28,112 nt of DNA, taken from positions 1-28,112 of the forward strand of contig JBFMCO010000071.1 of assembly GCA_040754495.1 (NCBI GenBank). Direction: 5' to 3'. Made by a program: the position numbers and the translations under genes. Numbering within the stretch: the stretch's first letter is position 1; every line of letters starts with the position of its first letter. The notes beneath the pieces are model-generated. The model made no database searches. It saw nothing but the letters and a program-made list of their open reading frames with translations, and was not told the origin of the DNA. Below, piece by piece: positions 8,319 to 16,276 of the stretch. This stretch comes from Candidatus Micrarchaeota archaeon (GTDB taxonomy: Archaea > Micrarchaeota > Micrarchaeia > Anstonellales > Bilamarchaeaceae).

Positions 8319-9515
8319 TCAGCCGGTCCCGTTGGTCGCGTTCTGCCCCTCGCTCTCGTTCTTGCCGTAGTTCTCGAAATAGTTCAGCAGCTTCTGGGGG
8401 TCCACCTCGAGGTCGCTCTCGTTCTTCGGGGACGCGGCCTGCTGGCAGTTTTCGAGCTTGCTCTGGTCCTTGACGCCCTCGCAGTAAGAGCTGTCCTTGT
8501 AAGCGCCGGCAAGCTCTATGTAGCAGTCGTCCTTGAACGATGCGTCCCTAATTGCCCCGCATATGGTCTGGTCCTTCGTAAGGGGGACGAGGGCGACCAG
8601 GCAGCGGTCCCTCCTGGAGCCGGCAAGGTCGCACAGGTCCTTCCTCTTGAGGATGAGCGCAAGGTCGGAGACGCATTTTTCGCGCTCCTCGCCCTGCCTT
8701 TCCGTGTGGCAGCCGGCGAGCTTTATCTGCTGCTCCCTCTCCTTCCTGAAGACCTCCACCGCGTCGCCGCTGAGGTTGGCCGGCGGCGTAATCGACGGCA
8801 CCTGCTCCGTCCTGAAAAGGCTGACCCTCACGGTCCGGTTGTGCTCCATCCCGGATTTGTCGGCATACTCGAGGCTGGTCTCGTATGGCAGGCCGATTTC
8901 GGAGATGCATGCGCTGAGCCAGAACGTCTTTGGCGAGTCCGAGCTGATGCTGAACCTGCCCGCCTCCTCGAGCGAGAGGTTGCTGTAGTCTATGACATAG
9001 GATATGCGCCTGCACGGGATGGTGCCGACCGTCGCGTTCTCGACGGAAGGTCCGACGCTCAGGTAGCCCCTTGTCATGAGGTACTGTATGTTGCCCTTCG
9101 CCCTGTCCACGTTGGTGTCGTTGAAGAACCTGGACTGCACGAACTGGATGTAATTCTGCATCTCGGTGTCGTTCGCTATCGAGGAGCACGTCTCGTTGAC
9201 CGGGTATTTTATGCAGAGTATGGTGTCGTTGCCAAGAAGGTAGACGCGCTTGGTGGACAGCGGGTTCTGGACCTCGGCCATCATCGCCCCTCCCTTCCTG
9301 ATCAGGGAATATGTGGTCCGGTATCCGTCCGATACCTCGGTATATGAGTAGGCGTAATCAGCGAGTCCCTTGCCGAATCCGGAGCTGTTGAGCAGGAGCT
9401 CTTCCGCCTCGCTGCTGTCAGGGGCGGCCGGTGCCGGGGCGGTCGTGAAAGCTATGTAGAGAGCCGCCGCTACGAGAATCGCTGTAATCAGGAGCAATTT
9501 GTGCTGGTATTCCAT
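8319..9515 (-). CDS. Membrane-anchored surface protein with beta-rich middle domain and C-terminal Cys-rich helical repeats
   Basis: N-terminal TM LLLITAILVAAALYIAF. Repeats EKCVSDLA..KRKDLCDL / RDRCLVAL..KDQTICGAI / KDDCYIELA..KDSSYCEGV. GAGGTG upstream of the ATG at 9515. Confidence 0.8.
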   Translation of the reverse strand: MEYQHKLLLITAILVAAALYIAFTTAPAPAAPDSSEAEELLLNSSGFGKGLADYAYSYTEVSDGYRTTYSLIRKGGAMMAEVQNPLSTKRVYLLGNDTILCIKYPVNETCSSIANDTEMQNYIQFVQSRFFNDTNVDRAKGNIQYLMTRGYLSVGPSVENATVGTIPCRRISYVIDYSNLSLEEAGRFSISSDSPKTFWLSACISEIGLPYETSLEYADKSGMEHNRTVRVSLFRTEQVPSITPPANLSGDAVEVFRKEREQQIKLAGCHTERQGEEREKCVSDLALILKRKDLCDLAGSRRDRCLVALVPLTKDQTICGAIRDASFKDDCYIELAGAYKDSSYCEGVKDQSKLENCQQAASPKNESDLEVDPQKLLNYFENYGKNESEGQNATNGTG

Positions 9516-9615
9516 CTGCACACCTCTCAATCATTTCGGGCGTGCCGGTTTTATAGCTTTGCGTGTGTTCCGGCCGCGACCGCAACCCTTAAATCAGCGC
9601 CGCAGATTTCCCATC

Positions 9616-10164
9616 ATGGACTTCATCCCGAAAAAGCTCTTCTTCACAAAGGGAGCCGGCAAGAGCACCGAGCAGCTGACGTCATTCGAGTTCGCGCTGA
9701 GAGACGCCGGCATAGCGTCGTTCAACCTCGTCTCGGTCTCGAGCATCCTGCCGCCCGGGGCCGAGATAATCCCCAGGACCGAGGGGGTGAAGCTGCTCCG
9801 GAGCGGCCAGGTCGCGTTCGTCGTGCTTTCCCGGGCGGCATCGAACGAGCCGAACCGCCTGATTGCGGCCTCGGTCGGCTGCGCGGTCCCTGCGGACAAG
9901 GAGGCATACGGATATCTGAGCGAGCACCACGCTTTCGGGCAGACGGAGGAAAAGGCCGGCGATTACGCGGAGGACCTGGCCGCCACGATGCTGGCCTCAT
10001 CGCTCGGCATGGAGTTCGACGCGCAATCCGCCTGGGACGAGCGCGAGCAGCACTTCCGGATGAGCGGAAAAATCGTGCGGACCATGAACGCGACGCAGTC
10101 CGCGGTCTCGGACAAGGGCGGGATGTGGACATCGGTGGTCGCCGCTGCTGTTTTAATATTTTGA
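9616..10164 (+). CDS. pdaD: Pyruvoyl-dependent arginine decarboxylase
   Basis: SFEFALRDAGIASFNLVSVSSILPP (Ser-Ser autocleavage site), GYLSEHH, WTSVVAAAV. Confidence 0.92.
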   Translation: MDFIPKKLFFTKGAGKSTEQLTSFEFALRDAGIASFNLVSVSSILPPGAEIIPRTEGVKLLRSGQVAFVVLSRAASNEPNRLIAASVGCAVPADKEAYGYLSEHHAFGQTEEKAGDYAEDLAATMLASSLGMEFDAQSAWDEREQHFRMSGKIVRTMNATQSAVSDKGGMWTSVVAAAVLIF

Positions 10165-10188
10165 TGTTATATAATTGCAGGTGATTAT

Positions 10189-10623
10189 GTGGGGTTCTGG
10201 GATTCTATCGTGGGCTCTGAGAAGCCTTCCGGGGAACAGGCACAGGGGGCGCAGTCGGCCAATCCGTTCAACGTGGCCGTGTCATTCGCGCCGCTCCGCC
10301 TCTCAGCCAACGCGCGCAGCTCGGTGAACCTTGTCGTCAAGGTGAAGAACGTTTCCGGCTCGCCGCAGCTGGTCTCCGTGGATGCCCTTCTTCCCCGCAA
10401 CGCGATGGTCGGCTTCGACCCCGCGTGCATCAACAAGGCCGCGGAGAAGCGGGTTGGGGAGCTCAAGTCCGGCTCGAGCATCGAGGTCCCCATCACCATC
10501 TGGTCGAACACCCAGACGAAAGAGGGCAACTACCCGGTCGAGGTCACGGTCTTCTCGCACTACATCGGCTACGACAAGGTGCTAAGCTACATCAAGAAGA
10601 GCACGGCCCTCCGGGCGGTCTGA
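10189..10623 (+). CDS. Hypothetical protein, single Ig-like beta-sandwich, no signal peptide
   Basis: Typical codon bias; GGTG before the ATG. Alternating beta pattern VNLVVKVKNVS...IEVPITIW...GNYPVEVTVF. Confidence 0.75.
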   Translation: MGFWDSIVGSEKPSGEQAQGAQSANPFNVAVSFAPLRLSANARSSVNLVVKVKNVSGSPQLVSVDALLPRNAMVGFDPACINKAAEKRVGELKSGSSIEVPITIWSNTQTKEGNYPVEVTVFSHYIGYDKVLSYIKKSTALRAV

Positions 10624-10753
10624 TGGGCCCGGCAGGCTTGTCATCGCCGGCCGCTCATGCCTTCCTGGCCTTACAGGCACGCTTACATCCCACTAGTCCT
10701 CCCCGCATGGCGGGCCGCGCGGAGTCGCAGCCTGAGCCTTCGCCGATGATTCT

Positions 10754-11749
10754 ATGACGCCGCCACGGATGGTGCCGCAAGCTCCCGAGCCAGCCGAAAC
10801 GCAGAGGCAGGCGGTCCCGGTCCGCATTCAGCAACCCGGCCGCGAGAGGCCGGCGCGAATCATCCGCAACGAGCAGGAGGCGCGGCTGCACATGGCCGAG
10901 CAATCACGGCACTTTCTAAATCTCATCGAAGAGGCGAGGCGGCAGAGCACCCTGGCGGATGTGGTTGTAAGCGTCAGGCGTGCCGGTGGGACGGCCTACC
11001 GCGTGCTCCTGCCCCAATTGCGCAGGCTCGAGATGTTGTATGAGGAAACAGCGCGCGTCCCTCCGGGCAGGGCGCGTGAGATAGCCCTGGAGGAGACGGC
11101 CTTCCTGACAGGGGGGTATCTCGGCGATGCCCTTTACGCCCGCTTCACCGAAACGCCACCGTATGTCAGCTTCGTGCCGCGCGAAGTTCTTGAGGTGATG
11201 ACCGACGCATACGGCTGTTTGTGGCGCGGGCAGTATATTCCGGATACCAACCATCTCCTTATGCATCCCTACGTGCGAAGCGAGGGCGAGATGCGGCTGA
11301 CTATCGTCCACGAGCTTCTTCACTATGCATCATGGCTGGGAGGCGGCGCTACCGAATACAGATGGGCTGGCAATGACGGAAGGCCGGTTCAGCGGAACAT
11401 CCCATGGCTGGACGAAGGCCTGACCGAACTCCATGCGCAGCAGATGCTCCGTGGGCGCGGCTTCGGATTGGATGTCGTCAGCTATGCCCCGGAAACAATC
11501 GTGGGCATCTACCTCCAACAGATCGTCGGCGCAGACATTCTCAGGCGCGCCTACCTGAGCGGGGATTTCCAGGAGGCCGGCCGGATTGTGGACTCCAGGC
11601 TCGGCGCAGGGTCTTTCGAGCGCCTGGCCGGCTACGGGCGGGGGGCCGAGGCGCTCTCCTTCCTGGAGCAGAGGCTCGATTCAGCGCGCATCGACCGCTC
11701 TTCGTGGGAAAGCGACCCAGTGGTCGTGCTCGCAAGGAGCCGGATGTGA
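10754..11749 (+). CDS. Gluzincin-like metallopeptidase domain protein
   Basis: TIVHELLHYAS (HExxH) followed about 20 aa later by PWLDEGLTELHA (third-ligand Glu motif). Start codon uncertain. Confidence 0.7.
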   Translation: MTPPRMVPQAPEPAETQRQAVPVRIQQPGRERPARIIRNEQEARLHMAEQSRHFLNLIEEARRQSTLADVVVSVRRAGGTAYRVLLPQLRRLEMLYEETARVPPGRAREIALEETAFLTGGYLGDALYARFTETPPYVSFVPREVLEVMTDAYGCLWRGQYIPDTNHLLMHPYVRSEGEMRLTIVHELLHYASWLGGGATEYRWAGNDGRPVQRNIPWLDEGLTELHAQQMLRGRGFGLDVVSYAPETIVGIYLQQIVGADILRRAYLSGDFQEAGRIVDSRLGAGSFERLAGYGRGAEALSFLEQRLDSARIDRSSWESDPVVVLARSRM

Positions 11750-11774
11750 TTTTTTCGGGAATCGGCAGGCGCTG

Positions 11775-12035
11775 CTAGCCCTCGACCGCGGTCTTCAGCT
11801 CGTCTATTGCCTTGGCCACCTTCATCCCCTTCTCCGTGAGCCTGACAATCCTCTTCTTGCCCTTCGCCTCCACGGTGACGAACCCGGCCTTCGCGAGGTT
11901 CGCCACCAGCTTGGTCACATAGACGTACGTCGTCTCGCTTCCCTTGGCGAGCCGGGAAAGGTGCCAGGGGTTCTCGGAATCGCGCAGGATGAGCATGATG
12001 CGGCAGGGCTTTGGGCGCGCGAAGACGTTTAGCAT
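11775..12035 (-). CDS. Winged-helix (MarR-like) DNA-binding protein
   Basis: HLSRLAKGSETTYVYVTKLVANLAKAGFVTVEAKGKKRIVRLTEKG. ATG at 12035 lies 22 nt from a TTTATAAG box, consistent with a leaderless transcript. Confidence 0.85.
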   Translation of the reverse strand: MLNVFARPKPCRIMLILRDSENPWHLSRLAKGSETTYVYVTKLVANLAKAGFVTVEAKGKKRIVRLTEKGMKVAKAIDELKTAVEG

Positions 12036-12056
12036 GCATGCCATGCGCCGGCCGCG

Positions 12057-12064
12057 CTTATAAA
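12057..12064 (-). promoter_or_regulatory. TATA box (TTTATAAG) for the wHTH gene
   Basis: Consensus sequence at canonical spacing from the ATG at 12035. Confidence 0.6.
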
Positions 12065-12133
12065 CATGCGGCGCGCGCGAATGGTAACTCCTCTTTAAAA
12101 ACATGCTTTCTACGTCGTTCCGTCGGTGATAGC

Positions 12134-12171
12134 TTTATAAAATATCTCTCGGTGTATCTCTCGGAAATCTC
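12134..12171 (+). promoter_or_regulatory. TATA box (TTTATAAA) followed by direct repeats TATCTCTCGG x2 plus a partial third
   Basis: TATA at 12134-12141; TATCTCTCGG at 12143-12152 and 12155-12164; ATCTC at 12167-12171. Confidence 0.55.
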
Positions 12172-12206
12172 AATTCCTCCCCGCGGGAGGCCAAGAAGGT
12201 GACAAC

Positions 12207-12422
12207 ATGGGACAGAAAGTTGGAAGCGAAAAGATTGCCAGGGAAGATGGATATCTGTACTTCGTCGGAAAGGACGGCTACGTCTGGGCCGCTCCCATGA
12301 AGCACAACAAGAAGGGTAAGAAGAAGAAGGTCGGCAACGAGAGAATCAGCAAGGAAGACGGCTTTATGTACTACCTCGGCAAGGACGGGTACGTATACAA
12401 GGCCAAGCTGAAGAATGCCTGA
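12207..12422 (+). CDS. Small basic protein with internal duplication; possibly CC1-like nucleic-acid-binding/chromatin protein
   Basis: Two ~29-aa repeats, KVGSEKIAREDGYLYFVGKDGYVWAAPMK and KVGNERISKEDGFMYYLGKDGYVYKAKLK, joined by a Lys-rich linker. GGTG SD; T-rich terminator follows. The CC1 resemblance is from memory. Confidence 0.75.
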   Translation: MGQKVGSEKIAREDGYLYFVGKDGYVWAAPMKHNKKGKKKKVGNERISKEDGFMYYLGKDGYVYKAKLKNA

Positions 12423-12449
12423 ACTTTTTCTTTTTCCTCATCTTTTTTA
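12423..12449 (+). terminator. Oligo-T archaeal terminator
   Basis: actttttcttttcctcatctttttt directly after the stop codon. Confidence 0.5.
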
Positions 12450-12498
12450 AAATCATCCCCTGCTAATCCTCTTATCTGCTATTTGTCGAGGTGAAAGA

Positions 12499-12888
12499 AT
12501 GCGGATAGTCATATCAGAAGCCAGCGGGAAGAGCTACCAGCTCGAACTCCCCAAGGACAAGGAATCGAACGTGATAGGCAGGAAGCTCGGCGAAGAGCTG
12601 GACGGCAACCTCGTGGGCGTGGCAGGCTACGTTCTCGAGCTGACCGGCGGCAGCGACGGAAGCGGCTTCCCGATGAGGAAGGAGGTGCACGGCGCCGCCA
12701 AGAAGATGGTGCTCACAAGCGAAGGCATCGGCTTCAAGGCCGAGCGCGGCGGCGAGCGCAGGAGGCGCTACGTGCGCGGGAACACCTACTCGGCGGAAAT
12801 CGTCCAGGTGAACACGCGCGTCAAGTCCGCAGGCCCGACGTCCCTGGAGCAGCTCCTCCCGAAGGCCGAGAAAAAGGAGACCAAATGA
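12499..12888 (+). CDS. rps6e: 30S ribosomal protein S6e
   Basis: IGRKLGEELDG, LELTGGSDGSGFPMR, GERRRRYVRGN. Conserved archaeal adjacency to eif2g. Confidence 0.96.
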   Translation: MRIVISEASGKSYQLELPKDKESNVIGRKLGEELDGNLVGVAGYVLELTGGSDGSGFPMRKEVHGAAKKMVLTSEGIGFKAERGGERRRRYVRGNTYSAEIVQVNTRVKSAGPTSLEQLLPKAEKKETK

Positions 12889-14075
12889 TGCAGGCCGAGA
12901 TGAACATCGGCATGCTGGGGCATGTCGACCACGGGAAAACCACGCTGACAAAGGCCCTGACGGGCAAATGGACCGATACGCACAGCGAGGAGATTAAGCG
13001 GGGCATATCCATCCGCCTCGGCTACGCGGACGCATACATATACGAATGCCCGAAATGCCAGATGCTGGTTACGGGTGCCAAGTGCCCGCAATGCGGCGGC
13101 AAGACGAAGCTCCTCCGCAAAATCTCTATAGTGGACGCGCCAGGCCACGAGACGCTGATGACGACCGTGATATCCGCGACCAGCATACTCGACGGCGTGA
13201 TGTTCCTGATAGCGGCCAACGAGCCCTGCCCGCAGCCGCAGACGGCAGAGCACCTCCTGGTCCTCAATTCGACAGGAATAAAGAACATCATCGTGGTGCA
13301 GACCAAGATAGACCTGGTGCCGCGGGAGAAGGCCATCGAGAACTACAAGCAGATAAAAGCGTTCCTCAAAGGCTCCGCAGCCGAGAACGCGCCAATCGTC
13401 CCAATATCGGCCAACGCCGGGCTGAACATAGACGCGCTCCTCAGGACCATAAACTCGGTCATGGCCGCCCCGAAGCACGAGGGCAAGGAACTCAGGATGT
13501 ACGTATCCCGCTCATTCGACGTGAACCGCCCCGGAACGGCCATCAAGGACCTGAAAGGTGGCGTGCTCGGCGGCTCCATAGTGCAGGGCGTGCTGAGCGT
13601 CGGAGACGAGATAGAAATCAAGCCGGGCATAACCAAGAAGGAGGGCGCGAAGCCCGCCGCGGTGGTCTGCACGGTCAAGAGTCTGATGGAGGAGTCAGAG
13701 GCGCTGGACTCGGCCGGAGCCGGGGGGCTTGTCGCCATCGGCACCTCACTGGACCCCTCGCTCTCCAAGTCAGACTCGCTCGTCGGCTCGGTCGTGGGCC
13801 ACAAGGGCCAGGTGCCGGAGCCCGTCGATGCCATCAGCGTCAAGTACAGCGTCCTTGAGAGGGCGGACATGCAGAACATGCCGCTGCGCGAGGGCGAGCC
13901 TGTCGTCGTCAACGTCCACACCTCGACCGGAGTCGGGGTGGTCGCCAAGCTCGGCAAGGGCGTTGCCTCGATAAAGCTCAAGAAGCCGACCGTGGTCTAC
14001 AAGGACATGCATGTGGCGCTCTCGAGGCGCGTGGGCCAGAGATGGCGCCTGGCGGCATGGGGCAGGATCGTGTAA
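12885..14075 (+). CDS. eif2g: Translation initiation factor 2 subunit gamma
   Basis: NIGMLGHVDHGKTTL, HSEEIKRGISIRLGYAD, Zn-binding CPKC/CPQC, DAPGHE, PQPQTAEH, TKID, SRSFDVNRPG, GGVLGGS, RWRLAAWG. Confidence 0.98.
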   Translation: MMQAEMNIGMLGHVDHGKTTLTKALTGKWTDTHSEEIKRGISIRLGYADAYIYECPKCQMLVTGAKCPQCGGKTKLLRKISIVDAPGHETLMTTVISATSILDGVMFLIAANEPCPQPQTAEHLLVLNSTGIKNIIVVQTKIDLVPREKAIENYKQIKAFLKGSAAENAPIVPISANAGLNIDALLRTINSVMAAPKHEGKELRMYVSRSFDVNRPGTAIKDLKGGVLGGSIVQGVLSVGDEIEIKPGITKKEGAKPAAVVCTVKSLMEESEALDSAGAGGLVAIGTSLDPSLSKSDSLVGSVVGHKGQVPEPVDAISVKYSVLERADMQNMPLREGEPVVVNVHTSTGVGVVAKLGKGVASIKLKKPTVVYKDMHVALSRRVGQRWRLAAWGRIV

Positions 14076-14264
14076 ACAGATATATTCATTTCTTGTCTAC
14101 ATCAAGTGGTCTCCCGTTTCCAGTTTCGAGTTTTGATGGTACTGGGTGGGGACCAGAACTGCCGGATTGTTCCGAACGGAGTTCCGTTCGCGTTCCTCCG
14201 GCTTAGTCAAACCGGCTGAAGTTTGATGAAAATTTATCCGGCGTTTTATCTAAGGAAATTTTCC

Positions 14265-14348
14265 GCTGGGGTCGCCTAGACTGGTAGGGCGGCAGGTTGC
14301 TAACCTGTTGCGCGCAAGCGTCCGGGAGTTCAAATCTCCCCCCTAGCG
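14265..14348 (+). tRNA. tRNA-Ser(GCT), class II, intronless, CCA not encoded
   Basis: Acceptor GCTGGGG/CCCTAGC; anticodon arm GCAGG-TTGCTAA-CCTGT; long variable arm TGCGCGCAAGCGTC; T arm GGGAG-TTCAAAT-CTCCC; discriminator G. Confidence 0.95.
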
Positions 14349-14351
14349 TTT

Positions 14352-14466
14352 TTTGTTCACATGCCTCGCTTTTGTTCGTTAGCTCGCCTTCGGCTCGCAC
14401 GAACACTCGCTCGGCGTGAACAAACGGGCCAATAACCCTCGCTTTGCCTTGCTCCGCTCGGCTGCT
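14352..14466 (-). repeat. REP-like nested hairpin cluster
   Basis: TTTGTTCAC(14352-60)/GTGAACAAA(14416-24) encloses TGTTCGT/ACGAACA, which encloses GCGAGCCGAAGGCGAGC (minus strand). A second degenerate unit, GCCGAGCGGAGCAAGGC, lies at about 14446-14462. Confidence 0.6.
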
Positions 14467-14545
14467 TTTACTGGCAAACTGTGGTGAATACTGGTTTAAA
14501 AACGTTTTTTCCCTAAACTAACTCAAGGCACAGAGGTATCTTCAC

Positions 14546-14890
14546 ATGGACATCCCCAAGTGCTCGCATTGCGCGATGCCGGTCGAATCCAGCAATATCC
14601 ACCTCCGGGGCATGCTCCTCAAATGCCGCTACTGCGGATATTCCGGCCTCCCGCTGAACGCAGGCGCCTGCTTCTACGATAAAATCGAGATAGAGCGGCC
14701 GGAGCCGTATGATGCATTCAGGGGAGAGTTCGGCCCCCGGTCCGTCCTCTCGCATCTGGCCCTGCTCAGCCTGTTCTCCGCGATGCTGTCGCTGTGGTGG
14801 GAATCCCTTGGCGGCCTCACCCTGGCCCTATTCTCTGGCTTCGCCCTGTTTTCCGCCCTTTACGTCTTTGCCAGGCTGAAGCGCGCATGA
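14546..14890 (+). CDS. Small Zn-ribbon membrane protein
   Basis: CSHC...CRYCGY N-terminus and 2 C-terminal TM helices. GAGGT SD; TTTAAAAA box at 14495-14502. Overlaps the convergent gene by 63 nt. Confidence 0.65.
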   Translation: MDIPKCSHCAMPVESSNIHLRGMLLKCRYCGYSGLPLNAGACFYDKIEIERPEPYDAFRGEFGPRSVLSHLALLSLFSAMLSLWWESLGGLTLALFSGFALFSALYVFARLKRA

Positions 14891-15373
14891 TGCGCATGCG
14901 CCCTCAATCCTCTGTGCGGTGAGGTAGAGCGAAGATAAGGCCACAACTGCCGTAATGACGCTTATCTCGAACCTGTGCTCCAGGAGGAAAAGCACCCCGC
15001 TGAAGCTGAGGAACGAGAACAGGGCGGAGATGCAGCTTGCGCAGGTGGCGCTCGCAAAAAGGCCGGATAACGCCCCGGATATGAATCCGGCGAACCCTAT
15101 TCCGGCGTTCTCCACGGCCTTCACGCCCCTCCTCCAGGCGTATATCTGCATGGAGAACACGATGCCCATAATGAGCGACAGGCCGGCCATGGCGGCGAGT
15201 TCAGCCGGGGGCGTAGCTGCGAAGAAGAACCCGTAGGAGTTGCCGGGCACTGAGTAGACCGGTAGCGAGACATATAGAAAAAATGAGGAAATGGAAAGAA
15301 AAAGCGCGAGCAGCAAATATCGCGCCGCGCCGAAAACCCGCCCCATCGCGGCGGGAACGTTGCCAAGCCCCAT
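14828..15373 (-). CDS. MerT-like membrane protein with intramembrane CxxC (paralog 1)
   Basis: About 4 TM helices; ASATCASC and C-terminal GACASC; 4 nt downstream of dsbA. Confidence 0.75.
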   Translation of the reverse strand: MGLGNVPAAMGRVFGAARYLLLALFLSISSFFLYVSLPVYSVPGNSYGFFFAATPPAELAAMAGLSLIMGIVFSMQIYAWRRGVKAVENAGIGFAGFISGALSGLFASATCASCISALFSFLSFSGVLFLLEHRFEISVITAVVALSSLYLTAQRIEGACASCALQPGKDVKGGKQGEARE

Positions 15374-15377
15374 AGCC

Positions 15378-16193
15378 TCACTGCAATAGCTGGTCTATGG
15401 TAGACTTGAAAACACTATACGGCTGCGCCCCGCTGATTGGCACTATGCTGCTCCCGTCCCTCTTTCCTATGAGGAATGCGGGCGTGCCCCTCACGCCTGC
15501 GGCCACGCCGTCGTCCTCATCAGCCTGCACCTCGCTCGCGTACTTGCCCGAATCGAGGCAGGTGTTGAACGCCGATGCATCAAGACCGCTTACCTGGGCT
15601 GCCCATGCCTTTATGTCGCTTACGCTGAACTGGACTGTTCCCTGGCCTTGCTTTGCCTGCTCCTGGAATATCTTGTCATGCATCTCCCATCCTTTGCCCT
15701 GCTCGTCCGCGCACTCCACGGCCTCGGCAGAAGGCTGTGCGGCAGGATGGAAGCTAAGCGGGAAATCCCGGTACACCAGCTGGACTTTTCCGGTGTCGAT
15801 GTAGTCTTTTTTTATGCTGGGGAAGCTGCTCTCGAAGAAGCTCCTGCAGAAGGGGCACTGGAAATCCGAGAATTCCACGATGACGACTGGGGCGCTGTCC
15901 GAGCCGAGCTTCATGTCGTCGTCCATGAGGTCCTTGATGTCGCCGGCATTGCCGGCAGCCGCCGTGCCTCCGCTGCCCGCAGCCGCGGAGGGTTGCGTGC
16001 CGCCAGAAGGCTGGGTTGCGCCGGAAGGCTGCGATGGCTGGGCCGCTGGTGCGCCTGCCTGCTGTGCTGGAGCCTTCACGATGCCGAATCCCTGCGTGAA
16101 AATAGAAAGCATGAGCAGGGCCGCCAGGCCGACAATTAAGATGCCGTAGAGCGTATCCTTTCCGATAGTTATGCTGTCTTTTCCATCCGACAT
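15378..16193 (-). CDS. Membrane-anchored DsbA-family thioredoxin-fold protein
   Basis: VVIVEFSDFQCPFC active site, YRDFPLSFHP, cis-Pro loop GVRGTPAF, N-terminal TM and QPSG-rich linker. Confidence 0.92.
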   Translation of the reverse strand: MSDGKDSITIGKDTLYGILIVGLAALLMLSIFTQGFGIVKAPAQQAGAPAAQPSQPSGATQPSGGTQPSAAAGSGGTAAAGNAGDIKDLMDDDMKLGSDSAPVVIVEFSDFQCPFCRSFFESSFPSIKKDYIDTGKVQLVYRDFPLSFHPAAQPSAEAVECADEQGKGWEMHDKIFQEQAKQGQGTVQFSVSDIKAWAAQVSGLDASAFNTCLDSGKYASEVQADEDDGVAAGVRGTPAFLIGKRDGSSIVPISGAQPYSVFKSTIDQLLQ

Positions 16194-16204
16194 ATTCACA
16201 CCTT

Positions 16205-16245
16205 ATGTAATGTTAATGTAACCTTAATGTAATAACCTTTATAAA
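16205..16245. promoter_or_regulatory. Divergent promoter: three ATGTAA boxes at 11-bp period plus palindromic TATA (TTTATAAA)
   Basis: ATGTAA at 16205-10, 16216-21 and 16227-32; TTTATAAA at 16238-45. Confidence 0.65.
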
Positions 16246-16276
16246 CCTGCTCCCGACCATTCCTACAGGTGAAATA

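Noticed and set aside
9616-10164. Arginine decarboxylase as a novelty
   Set aside because: Expected archaeal enzyme supplying agmatine for polyamines and tRNA-Ile agmatidine; motifs are canonical.
14137-14165. Minus-strand GGCAGTTCTGGTCCCCACCCAGTACCA resembling a tRNA 3' end or att remnant
   Set aside because: The T-stem does not pair, the loop is not TTCRA, there is no matching 5' acceptor strand, and identity to the tRNA-Ser 3' end is too weak to call an att site.
14828-14890. 63-nt convergent overlap as an antisense regulation signal
   Set aside because: Short tail-to-tail overlaps are common in compact genomes, and both tails are low-information.
15955-16075. QPSG-type short tandem repeats in the DsbA linker
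   Set aside because: Ordinary low-complexity linker between the TM anchor and the catalytic domain; degenerate at the DNA level.
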